This document shows positions 13,071 through 25,148 of a stretch of DNA of 64,000 nt, piece by piece. A program made the position numbers and the translations under genes. The stretch lies in NCBI GenBank assembly GCA_002269645.1, contig NIVC01002300.1, forward strand, positions 1 through 64,000, given 5' to 3'. Numbering within the stretch: the stretch's first letter is position 1; each line of letters begins with the position of its first letter. The notes under the pieces are model-generated. The model had not been told where the DNA came from. It worked only from the letters and a program-made list of their open reading frames with translations, and searched no databases. This stretch comes from Macrostomum lignano (Eukaryota).

Positions 13071-14127
13071 TCGGCAGCTTTTGTACCTCAAGGGCTGGAC
13101 AGCTCGTAAATATTTTAGTTACTCTTCGTTACGGCGCGGCAAAGCAAACGCAATATGAAATTCTATGCGCGTTTAAAGAGAATGTCTCATGATTAACTTT
13201 ACCTGCGTTTTAGCTGACTGCCTTAACAAAACTGCCCCCCGCCACTTTGATCCTCGGGTCTTTTTGTATTCATGTTAGCTAATTGAAGCCGGGACGTGCA
13301 GACGGTTTGAGGAACTGTGTGCTAATTTACTTTGAAGCCTTTTTCTTTGCTGTATGGCCCTTTGCAGTTTAACCTGTCATTCCTGTTATTTTTGCTATAG
13401 CAGCTCTTGCTTGCTCTAGGGAAACAGTGAATCTGAAGCTTGGGTATAAACTATGTACATGTAATAGGCGTGACGCGCGCTTTAAGCTAGAATGCGCAGT
13501 TCGCATGTCCTAAATCATCTTCACGTGTAGCTTTGGATTTTCCGGGTTTTAATTACGAAGCATACTAATTGCGTGTCTATATTGAACCAGAAGACTGGGC
13601 TGCGTACCGTACATGTAGCTACATACGTATGTGTATATATATTACGTCGCTGCGTTAAGTAAGTTTCAAATTAATCAATTATGAAATTAACCATGTTGCA
13701 AGTCAAAAAACATTGTCAATTTGTCGCTCGATTTTTTAGATAATTAATTAAGAAGGCATGCCAACTGCCCCAGTGTCTAATTAGTAGTTAGATATTATTA
13801 GTTGGGCTTGATACAATCTGATCATGCATTCGCTGTTACACACAGCTTTCATGGCTTTCAGTTTTCATTAGCGAGGCATGCTTCAGTTAGTACATGTACA
13901 GCACGATGTGCATCTCCCCACATGCTTCAATTTAGATTAAGCGACAATGTAAACCTTTTTCAGCGATAGGAAACAAAGTTAAATAGTTTCGTAAAATTTT
14001 ACTGCATGGTCTTGCTCGAAGTTTCAAGACGTAGTCAACATACACTTAATTGAGGTAAGGTAGCACGCTTTAGCAGGCAGAGAAAAACAAAAGTTAAAAT
14101 CAACATAGATTATAATTAATTCTTTCT

Positions 14128-14168
14128 ACCGACGCGATTCGGACCAACAATGGCCATCTTCAGGGTCT
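14128..14168 (-). ncRNA. Hammerhead ribozyme copy on the inverted PLE arm, with a core mutation
   Basis: Same motif on the minus strand, but GAAAC reads GAATC (A at +strand 14137). Confidence 0.65.
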
Positions 14169-15623
14169 GGTGTATTTTTAACTCACACAACAACTTTATA
14201 AGTGAACAAATGTTAACTGTACAGTCCAAAGGGCATGTCATGGGCAGAATTTTCCAAAAATGTTAAGCATAGATTGCAAGTACATTGTTCAGACTTGTGC
14301 CTTTACTTAGAATACCTTGAGCAAATGGCCCGCACCACTATGGGAGAGCTGAATATTCAGATTAGGTTTTTGGTCTTTAATGTACATGGATTCAAGTATG
14401 TTGAGCCTAAAATCAGTTCTACACCGATCAATAATTTTAAACTGCTGAGTTTGCTCAATTTCGCAACAATTGTTGCAACAGAGCAGGTGGTCTTGGATAG
14501 CCGACCTTTTCAACCAATGCTCTCTGACTCTGGTGTACAGGTGCCTTTTAGTTTTACCTATATAGGTAATGTTCTGGTCAACAGAACAAGAGAACTTGTA
14601 CACAACACCTGCCACAAGAGCAAGAGGAACATGGGATTTCAGTCTACTAACGTATTGGCCGACCTTAGCAGTGCGTTGTTAACTTCAATGTTGAAGTTGG
14701 TCCAAGAGCTGCAAACCGTGTAGGCCCTGTGCAACAAGTTTACCGCAAGCCCACTTTCACGAACTTGATGCTTAATTTTGGAGCTGTGTGTCCCAGACAG
14801 TGGAAAGTTGGCCTGATTCGTTGTTTGTTGCACAGGGCCTACACGGTTTGCAGCTCTTGGACCAACGTTGAAGTTAACAATCTCACCAAAATTCTGAGAA
14901 TGAATCAATTTCCCAAGAATGTCATTTGTAGTGAAATCAATAGATTCATCTCTAATAAAATGACGAACAAACCGAGTTTTGCTTCTGATATGGATGTGTT
15001 AAAAACTTGCCCGACCATGGTCCTGCCTTTCTATGGCAACTGCTCTAACCTGTTGAAGAAGAAAATTGAGAAAAGCTTCCGTAAATTCTTTAACACGCCT
15101 ATTAAGATTGTTTTCCGCACTGCTAAGGTCGGCCAATACGTTAGTAGACTGAAATCCCATGTTCCTCTTGCTCTTGTGGCAGGTGTTGTGTACAAGTTCT
15201 CTTGTTCTGTTGACCAGAACATTACCTATATAGGTAAAACTAAAAGGCACCTGTACACCAGAGTCAGAGAGCATTGGTTGAAAAGGTCGGCTATCCAAGA
15301 CCACCTGCTCTGTTGCAACAATTGTTGCGAAATTGAGCAAACTCAGCAGTTTAAAATTATTGATCGGTGTAGAACTGATTTTAGGCTCAACATACTTGAA
15401 TCCATGTACATTAAAGACCAAAAACCTAATCTGAATATTCAGCTCTCCCATAGTGGTGCGGGCCATTTGCTCAAGGTATTCTAAGTAAAGGCACAAGTCT
15501 GAACAATGTACTTGCAATCTATGCTTAACATTTTTGGAAAATTCTGCCCATGACATGCCCTTTGGACTGTACAGTTAACATTTGTTCACTTATAAAGTTG
15601 TTGTGTGAGTTAAAAATACACCA

Positions 15624-15664
15624 GACCCTGAAGATGGCCATTGTTGGTCCGAAACGCGTCGGTA
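15624..15664 (+). ncRNA. Minimal type I hammerhead ribozyme of the PLE pseudo-LTR
   Basis: ACC-CTGAAGA-[TGGCCATTGTTGGTCC]-GAAAC-GC-GTC-GGT: intact core, 3-bp stem I and palindromic ACGCGT stem III typical of dimer-acting PLE hammerheads. Predicted cleavage after C15660. Confidence 0.82.
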
Positions 15665-15904
15665 GAAAGAATTAATTATAATCTATGTTGATTTTAACAT
15701 ACACTTAACAATGCGCAAAGAGGCCAATTGTTAAAACCATTTATCAGCATTTGGTGGCATAGACATGGGAGCTTAGACAATGTGTGTGGCTCAGGATTCA
15801 GATGGACATCTTCGGCGAGATCCACGAAGCGTACTAGCCAAGTGGCCATTGACATTGACCTGCACTCCAAGTGGCTTGAGATTCGGTCTGCGGCTTCGAT
15901 GACG

Positions 15905-18900
15905 GTTGTTGTTGTTGTTAGACCAGGGCCGGTGCCCGCAATGGTGAGCGAACTCTCAATGTGGTTGATCGCCTCCGCAGGTCTCCTCCACAGATCAAGG
16001 AAGGCGAGCCCGGTCGGGGCAGACGGACAGTCGAAAAGGTGCAAGGACGTGTCTTCAGCGGCGTGGCATCTCAGACAAATGCTTGGAACCGGGTCAATGC
16101 GGTGCTAGTAAGTCAGCAAGATGAATGCAATGACCAGATCGCGCACTTGAGCGAGGTGTGTGCGCTGGGCCCTGTTGAGCCAAGACTCCGAGCGATCAAC
16201 TTCAGGTGGGGCGGAGCGCAGCAACGGACGCGGTGGAAGGTGGCTGACGTAGTTGAGGATGGTGATGAGGACTCATCTTTTTTCAATCTTAAAACCGCAC
16301 ATTTTGCTTCGATGCGCTTTCCCCCTACTGTCAGTAGGCTAGCTTAGGATTTTCTCTCTCTTCTCTCATCTAGGCTGAGATCTATACTAACTTATGACAT
16401 TACTATTAATTATGTTAGATACTCAATTTACTTACCTTAGGATTCTAATTTTGGATTGTTTACGCATCTTTGAAGGTCAGACTGTCTGGGTCTGAGGCGG
16501 ATTGACCTCTGACAGTCTAGACAGGCGACACAAGTCTGGGAGGAATGTTTTTAATCTCATTCTGACCCCCTGATTTGTTACTTTTTCACTATTTTTAGTG
16601 ATTTATGACGTTCTAGCTGTCACTTTTGGCTCCAGCCTGTCTGGGTCAAAGAGGTCTTTCCAGCTTTCTCCTCACTCGCTCTGTTACCTTCTCCTTTGAT
16701 TTATGGGCGTTTGCAGTCACTTTTGGCGCCAGGATGTCTAGCCAAGTGACTTTTATTATGCTTTGCACATGATTTATGACCGCACCTGTCAACTTCCCTG
16801 GGGTCTAAAGGCCACCTGGTGGGGTGGGTTTTGGGGTCTTGAGCTCAGCCAATCAGAGACGACCTGACTGCCCCCGGCTCGACCAATCGGAAAATTCGGC
16901 GCCTATTTTAACAAAAGCTCTCAGCCAATCAGAAAATTCGGCGCGCGTTATAACAAATCGGCCGCATGAGAGCTATAGAAGGCGGCAAATCGACCCGCGC
17001 TCGAAAAGGCCTGCTTGGACCTCCCTTCTTGCACGGTCCTAACCCCGTCTTAGACGGCCCTTTCGGCATCTGCTGCGTCTTCGACGTCTGGTCCCCCTTC
17101 CCCCGGCAGTTTCGGCTTCAGCTGCTAAGCTCCCCTTGTGAGGCATCACCAGTTCCCGGCCGTGAACAAAGAGCTGCAACAGCAACCGGAAAGTGAAGAG
17201 TAACGGCGGCACTCGTCAGTTAAGATCAGCAGCAGCATCCCATCCGAGCGTTTCGGTCTCTGCGGATCCCTTGGCTACCGGCAGTTAGGTCCTCTGATTG
17301 GTTTGGTGAGAGGCTATCTTAACCTGCTAAACTAGGTGTGCCCTTTGTCTGACCCCTTCCTAGGTAGTCTGATAGGATTTGCACTTTTGCTTGCTTGCTT
17401 TTTGTGTGTCAAACTCGAGGCAAAAGTTTCATTATAATACTAAAAGTAGCCATTTGCTCTGACTCAATCTAAGGTGTTTAGGATTGCGGATTAAGTGAGA
17501 AAGTTAAATCTGGAAGTTAAAGACTTGGCGTTTTCTTTCTTTTTCGCAGTTCCAGCTGAGATGAGTGGCTAGATCTAGAGGCAGAGGTCACAGTGGACCG
17601 GAAGCGGCACAGTTCTCAGTCAATCAGTCGATCTCGGAAATCACGATAAGAATGCAAATTAAGTGCCAGACTGGCACTTTCGTGCAGTCTCAGGCAGCTA
17701 AGCGGCTAAACAAAGTTAAATATTAGTCTAACGGTCTTCAAAAGTAACAATGCATCTACATCAACGCAATCTGTCGACGTGTTAACACATTTAGTGCCAA
17801 AAGCGTGCAGTTACGTGTATTTGTACATGTACTTCTGGGAATTTGGTAATGAAATAGTACATTTAGTAGTGTATAAAGGCTCGCCAGCGCAAGAACCCCC
17901 TGCAAAAGTCCTCTCTGTCCCTGCATGGCCAATGCGATCTTAGTCCCAGCAGCGTCCCTTCTATTCGGCTATGACTTCGAGATTTAGACAGCTAAAAGAC
18001 ACTAGATGGCAGGTAAGTGCAGTGCCCCTCTGAAGTCGGAAGTCCGATTTCGATAGCTCCGGTTTGGTGAGCCGGGGCGCACGGACTGGTGGCAGCGGGT
18101 TAGTTAATCTGCAGATTAGCTAATCTCTACCTTTCAAATTCTCCCTGCTTGTCTCTCGCTGTCTTCTCCTAGCTATAGGACCTTGTTGCTCGCCCACAAT
18201 CTAGCTACCATGGGGCTGACCATCTGACGGGAGTGAGAGGCCAGAGCTTTAGGTGATTCATTTCTGAGTTCTGAGGCCCGAAGCTATAGGCTTAAAAAGG
18301 CCGAACCCATCAATGGCGCGGGGGTTGTAGCGGTGGATCCCAGGAGGGATGATGAAGTTAACGGAGTTGAAGAGCAAGCTAGGTGCAGAGCTGATGAAGA
18401 TCACTGCGGGTGTTTCTTTCTAGCAGGTCTGGCCGATTTGAAAGGTGGCATGGCACGACTGATCGTGGTCCTGCATGCAGTGCAGAGCCAGAACTGAGCG
18501 GCCTGCAGGAGCTCCCAGTGCTGTTTAACTGGAAAGGCCAAGAGGCATTCCTGGTGCATGCAAGATTGGCAGCCGGTAATGACACGAAGACTCAAAATGC
18601 CGCTAAGAAAAGTTAGTGTCGGACCTGTCAATGGCCTTGTAGTGGTGGCCAGCAGAGTTTCCTTATCTTGGCCCCACGAGCTGCCATGAGAGAGCCTTGA
18701 GGACGCTGTTGCTGGCTCGGATTGTGTTGGCCGCATGCTTATGGAATTTTAGCTCGTAGCAGCGGGTCGAAGACAATGGCCAAAATTATCGGATTGGTGA
18801 CGTACGGGATGGCGCTGCCAAGAAAAAAAGAGGCAAAGCTTGGCGGAACTCGTGAGTCGTCGAGGTAAAAACAGTGGCGGGGTCGATTTGCCTGCGACAG

Positions 18901-19700
18901 CTGCAGGTGTTTGTTGCCCGGATATAAGCAGGGCATGTCCAGCTCAGGTACAGTAGGGCTGTAAAAGCAATGGAAATGCTGGTTATGACGGATGAGCGCG
19001 CGCAGATGGTAATGTCGTCCGCGTACTGGATGAGCTTGACCAGAGGCGGAGGAGGGAGGTCAGGTCAGACAGGTAGAACGCGAAAAGAAGCGGAGAGATG
19101 ACGCCTCCCTGTGGAACTCCGGCACGAAGCAGGCGAGCGTTGGAAAGCGCGCCACGGAATTCAACCCCGGTGTGGCGCCCTCTGAGGTAGCCATGCAGCC
19201 AGTGGACGTCAGAGTGCGAGGAAGGCTACTATAGCCACCTGCAGCTTCGGACCCGGTCGAAAGCTTTTTGAAGATCGAGTGCTACCCGGAGACTGCGTTT
19301 GGTGGGTTTACGGCAGTTTTGCCCGTTGCTGATGAACTGAACCAGATTATGATTGGAGCAGTGGTGGAGTGCCTTGGTCTAAGCGATGCTGCCAGTCTGG
19401 AAGAGAGAGCGATGATTGAAGACGAGGAAGAAGGACTTTCTCTAAAATTTTGATCACCGGAGAAAGAATGGAGACCGAATGATAGAAGTTGCCAAGGCGG
19501 GGTCTTTAATTGCCAGCCTTGGGAAGATCGAGAGGCATAACTTCGGCCGACGTCCATGAATTATACTTGTAGAAGGTGAAATGCAGGAGATAATTTCGTC
19601 AGATTAAAAAAAGGCATCGCCGACTTCCTCAATTGGGCCTCTTTACTTGATGGAGACAAGGGAGACTGCATGTACGTCGTTCCCCGTCCTTCTACATGTA
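15905..19700 (-). mobile_element. Decayed non-LTR retrotransposon (LINE) ORF2, RT through C-terminal CCHC, split by a solo LTR
   Basis: Minus-strand motifs across frameshifts: WTSAEVMPL, YHSVSILSPVIKILEKVLLPRL, VALDLQKAFDRV, GVPQGGVISPLLFAFYLSD, IQYADDITI, LRVITGC; after the LTR, LAQVR-SGHC and CLRCHAAEDTSLHLFDCP; (ACA)n tail at 15905-15920. Confidence 0.87.
16263..18312 (+). mobile_element. Solo LTR (2050 bp, Gypsy-like) inserted in the LINE
   Basis: Begins TGATG, ends CATCA, 4-bp TSD ATGG (16259-16262 and 18313-18316). Contains three CCAAT boxes and a TATA-like motif (16850-16985) and a GTAAGT donor. Homologous to 20591-22584. No ORF. Confidence 0.85.
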
Positions 19701-19934
19701 TAACTTGACGAGGCCTAGTCGACCCTGGAGCCGTCTGTGGAAGTTTAATTGGTGTTAAAAAATCTAGCTTATATATAGTTATGTACGAGTACGTTGAACT
19801 ATAAGTGCGCACCGGCCTTCCAGGCCTCTGTCACTTATTCTACCGGCCTGCAATCACTTTTCGCAACTTGATTTGGCCCACGCGTTGCCTCACGGCACAG
19901 CCAAGAAGCCCTGTTGCATTTTTTATTGGTCTTG

Positions 19935-22740
19935 AGGTAAGGTAGCACGCTTTAGAAGGCAAAGGAAAATAAAAGGCAAAGGAAAATAAAAGTGAAAATC
20001 AACATAGATTAAATTAACTTCTTTCGACGCGTTTCGGTCCAACAAGGGCCATCTTTCAGGGTCTGATGTATTTTTTACTCACACAACAGCTTTTATAAGA
20101 GATAAAAAGAACAAACGTTTACTGTACAGTCCAAAGTGCGTATCAGGGTCAGAGTTTTTCAAAAGTAAATGAGCAAAGATTATGAGTACACTGATCATGA
20201 ACTAGTGCCTTCACTTTGAACACCTTGAGCAAATGGCCCGCAACCACTATTGGGAAAGCTGAATATTGAGACTTGGTTTTTGGTTTTTAATGTACATGGA
20301 TTCGAGTATATTGAGCCTAAAGTCAGTCCTAGACCGATTAGTAATTTTGAACTGCTGAGTTTGCTCAATTTCGCAACAGCTGTTGCAACAGAGCAGGTGG
20401 TCTTGGATAGCCGACCTTTTCAACCAATGCTCCACAACTCTGGTGTACAAGTGCCTTTTAGTTTTACCTACATAGGAAATGTTCTGGTCAACAGAATAAG
20501 AGAACTCGTACACAACACCTGCCACAAGAGCAAGAGGATCACATGAGATTTCAGTAAATCTCAGTTTGGATTAGAGATGAATCTTTTGATTGATGGGTTT
20601 CGACCTTCGGGCTCCTTGTTAGGGAAGCCTTCGGGCCTCAGGCTCAGAAATAAATCAATTAGAGACCTGGCCCCCACTCCTGTCAGATGGTCAGCCCCAT
20701 GGTAGCTTGATCGTGTGGCGAGCAGTCTAGGTCCTATAGCTAAGAGAGGGACAGCGAGAGACGAGCAGGGAGAATTTTAAAAGTAGAAATTAGCTAATCC
20801 GCAGATCAACTAACTTGCTGCCACCAGCCCGTGCGCCCTGGCTCACCACACCGGGACTCTCGAAATCGGGCTTCCGGCTAGAAGGGGCTTTGCACTTACC
20901 TGCCAACTAGTGTCTTTTTGCTGTCAATCTCGAAGTCATAGCCGATGATAAGGGACACTGCTGGGACTAGATCGCATTGGCCATGCAGGTACAGAGGGGA
21001 CTTGTGCAGGGGATTCTTGCGGTGGCGAGTCTATGGGGTAGCTGCATGTACTATTACATTGCTAAATACGAAGATATGTACTTTTGGCCTTCAACGCGCC
21101 AACTAGCCTCTCATAGCGCTGATGATAGACTAACTCGAACTTCAGAGACCGCATGATTCATTTACCCGAGCCGCTTGGCTACCCTAGAGTGCACAAAGTA
21201 CATCTCTGGCGCCGATTCTGCACTTCTGGCAGTTTTGCTCACTGATTTGATAGATTGGTCGACTGAGAACTGCCTTGCCATTGGTCTACTGTGACCGGCG
21301 CCTACTAGCTTAGCTACTCATCTGAGCCATCGGCGAATAAAGAAATAAAACCGATAAAAATAACTGTTAGATTTAACCTTCTCCTTAGTTCACTTCACAC
21401 TTCAGATTGAATTGGAGTTTAAGACTACTAGCAGTATTATTGAATGACTTCTGCCTCAGCAACAGCACTACTGAACAAAATGAGCAAAAGTGTGCGCCTA
21501 ATTCAGCTACTGCAACAGGGGACAGATAAGGGATCACCCAATCAAGCAAGTCTAGGTAGCCTCTCACCCAACCAATCAGAAACTCAACAGCCGGAGACCA
21601 GGTAATCCACAGTGACCGAATCGGCTCGATGCTTCGCAGCTGTAGACTCGGGATGATGCTGTCACAATCTTCGCTGTTAGCTAGCAGGTGATGCTCTTAA
21701 CTTGATGTTCGCTGCTGATGACCGGGGGACTCGTCCTTGATGATGATGGGGGGAGGTCGCAATCCGGGGATCAAGAAACGACGGTCAGTTCCGGGCCGGT
21801 GGAGTAGGAACCAGGCCAGAGTCGGAACAGGTTGAAGTCCGAGCGGGCCAAAAACACCGGTTTAAATAGCCGCCAACTGGACCGCAGTTTGTTATAATGG
21901 AACACGTCGATTCTGATTGGCTGAGCCGTTTTGTTAAAATGAGCGCCGAATTTTCTGATTGGCTAAGCTTGTTGCTACCCAGAATCACGTGACCGAGAGA
22001 TCCTATCAGTTCCCACAGGGTCGTAAAAAGATGACAGGTGCGGCCATAAATCACTCAAAATCGCAACAAAATGATTTATGACTTTTCGCGTAGGATTGAC
22101 GGAAATTAATGAAAAAATATACATTAGAAAGCTCTTATTAAATAGAAAGTGAAGATAATGAAGAGAAATCGCTAATCGCTAATCCCAAAGTACTTTTAGG
22201 GGTAAAACGCATAGCTGTCAAAGCTGTCACACGCTTGAGTGAACCCGAACAATAGGCTCTGACCTCATAAATCTTGATGGCCTGTCAAAATGATGAGAAA
22301 AAAGCTACCGCCCGCATCCTCTCAGACCATGCATCTGGCGCCCGCCTCAACACTGAGTGAGGCGCAGGTGGCTGTCAGACCAGCTTCGAAAGCGATGATT
22401 TATGACCCAAAAAGCTGCGCCTATGTTATTATGACTACTAGTATGACCAGACATTATATCTAGTATACATTTTATGAAAATTCGCAGAAAAAGGATAAAA
22501 ATGCCCACTGCCCACTTTTAGGAGGCAAGAACGTTCAGAGCCCATGTGCTAGCGCGGGATTTGGGAAAAAGTGCGTCCTCATCATGATTTCACTGCTAAT
22601 GACATTCCTGGGAAATAAATTGATTCATTCTGATCAGAATTTCGGTGAGATTGTTAACTTCAATGTTGAAATTGGTCCAGAGCTGCAAACCGTGTAGGCC
22701 CTGTGCAACAAACAACGAATCAGGCCAACTTTCCACTGTC
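19935..22740 (-). mobile_element. Second PLE copy (diverged), interrupted by a solo LTR
   Basis: GIY-YIG remnant ORF 20247-20525 (GVVYEFSY...YVGKTKRHLYTRVVEH) and a degenerate hammerhead at 20023-20063 (CTGAAAGA). PLE sequence resumes at 22585-22740, matching 14795-14940. Confidence 0.87.
20591..22584 (-). mobile_element. Solo LTR (1994 bp), relative of 16263-18312, inserted in PLE copy 2
   Basis: Minus strand begins TGATGAGGAC and ends CCCATCA, with 4-bp TSD TGAT (20587-20590 and 22585-22588). Colinear homology with the first LTR. Confidence 0.85.
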
Positions 22741-25148
22741 TCGCTTGATTCTTTGAATGTAATTAATTCTACCGGCCTGCAATCACTTCTCGCAACTTGA
22801 TTTAATTTGGCCCACGCGTTGCCTCACAGCACAGCCAATTCAAGAAGCCATGCGCACACAAAGCTGTTGTTGAGAAGCGGGAGTGTGGCTGTGAATTAAT
22901 TCCTTGTTGGACCGAAACGCGTCGAAAGAAGTTAATTTAATTGATTTTCACAATTCCTTTGGTCTGGCAGAACAGATTTGGCCGGTTCATTGCATGATTG
23001 TCGCAGGGGATGTAAGGGTTGATAGCCTTCATACAAAGTCAACCTGATCAACTGGACTACAGGGCGCTCGATCGTACATGTATGTTTAGTTTAGTAATTT
23101 TTAGTATAATTTTTAGTATATAAGCTTACTCCGACAATGGGATTTCTTAACGGATATTACGCTTTATCTGAAAAATTTACAGTAGTTCACACAAGTCCGA
23201 AGCAAGCCTTTGATGAATATGTAATTTAGCTTAAAACAAGAAGTTGTTTAAAAAAACATTTTTTCGATTCCTGTCCATGAAATTTACCATGATTCCTGAG
23301 CGAAATTCCGTACCATATAGATGCTCCCGACGCCTGACAGACATATCGACGTGTCGTGTGATGAACGATTGCAATTTACATAACCTGTAAATGTAGTTAT
23401 TAACAGCTCGTACATGCATTACAAATATTTGTATTAAGGTTAAGCTTAAGCAGATTCAGCATGATTTTATTGATTTTTAACCTTAAATTTTAAGGCTTAT
23501 TTTGTTGTACACAGTTGATACAATTTTATCGAATTTTAAAATGGCGCAGTAAAATTATATATTTATAAAATTAAATCAATCATCGTCATCAATTGCTAGC
23601 TAGCGATAGCCGATAGTGCATGACTAGAGTGATAATTTTGTGTCTAGCGCAGAAAATTTCAATTCAGATTAAATATTGTATTGTATTAACTGTTGCAATT
23701 GAAAATTGCAAAAAGAATGTTAGACCTAATTGGAATAATCTGAGAGTGAGACTGAGTCCGAGTCGCGTCTTATAAGTTATATAGTATTATATTTATTTAA
23801 GAAATTAAAACTAGGCCTAAATTGCTTTATTTAAATCAATGCCACTGATTTCATTTTAGTAGGGACTACTTGTCTTAGGCCTAAGTAAGATTTTGATTTA
23901 ATTTTAAAAGTTAGGCCTCTAGAGGCTAGGCCCTATTTTTAGTAGGCCTAGGCCCTTTTTAATAGGCTTTATAAAGCATTTATCAAAATCTTGCTTGAGA
24001 GAGACAAATAAAAAAACTTCAAACACATTGTTTTTTAAATTAGTAAACTTAAAAGTTATTTACAAACTTTTTTTACATTTTTAACACTACATTTATAGTA
24101 GTAGTTGGCCTAGTTCATTTTGCTTATTAGGCATTTTGTCTATGATCATTGTTGCCAAAGCAAGAAGTTTTTTAACAAATAATTTCTAAGCCTATACAAC
24201 TCTGACTTTATTTAAATAATATATCCTAATATATAATGTTACGTTTTTGTAGTCATTGTACTTGTAGTCCCAAATTAATGGTGAAGTCAACTCTTGCAGA
24301 GTGGATTGTGTAGCGGTAGCACTTGGCGTATGATGGCAGAGGACTGCCGTAGACCGTTTATTGTCATAGTCAATATGATTAATGTCAATACAAGAGTTAG
24401 GGCCTATAGCGTTCTAAGGCACTAGTGGCTGCAACAATGGGTTGATGTAATTGAAGTTATGAAGTCAAGCAGATGATGAAGGATGATGGTAAAGCAAAGT
24501 AGCAAATGATGGCGCTGAGTACAGTGGTGGCAGTGAGTAGCAAGTAGACAAGTAGTGGCATGATTGGGCGCTAGCCCATGGCAGTACAAGGTGGAGCACA
24601 AATGTGTAAACAAGTCTGACCCCATAGTCAGGATAATATATATTACACTGGAAATTTCTGGCGTACAATTGAAAATTTTACTTTTTTGGCGTACAATTGG
24701 CGTAAAAAATGAGGCAAAATATATTTGGCGTAACTTTTGGCATGACGCCGTGGCGTAAATACGCCAAGCAGCGTACACTAACTCCAACCTTCATGCCAAA
24801 GTTAATATTAACAATTGTTGGCATAATGCCGTAACCTAAGAATCTTATTATAAAATCATAAAAACTGTAAAACTTGTAAGATGAAAGTTCATAACTATTC
24901 ATGATTTATAAAAATTTAAAATTCCACGCAAGCTAATTGTGTAATTTTCTAAAAAAAACTTAAACAAAAAATTGATTTTTGTTGGCATTATCTGTAAGCC
25001 AATTTACTTTAAATGAAAACTACACATTTGTTAAATTTTTATTGTTAAAAAATGTGTAACACGCAAAAAGGCCATTTATTGTCGCAATGCCTAGAAAACC
25101 TGGCGTAAGTTCCTAGACCTTGGCGTACGTTTCAGTATGAAGTGTGGC

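Larger units (their letters stand above)
14050..15698 (+). mobile_element. Penelope-like element (PLE), 5'-truncated with an inverted arm; RT thumb plus GIY-YIG ORF 14729-15484
   Basis: ORF contains YRKPT, W..GLIRCLLHRA and GVVYKFSC...YIGKTKRHLYTRVREH...ILESMYI...P.LN (GIY-YIG). Left arm 14096-14675 is the reverse complement of 15118-15698. TSD AACATACACTTAA at 14037-14049 and 15696-15708. Confidence 0.93.

Noticed and set aside
15789-15813. 2A-like peptide (AEDVHLNPEP, minus strand) of a LINE 5' end
   Set aside because: The essential NPGP is not intact and no supporting ORF follows. At most a decayed relic.
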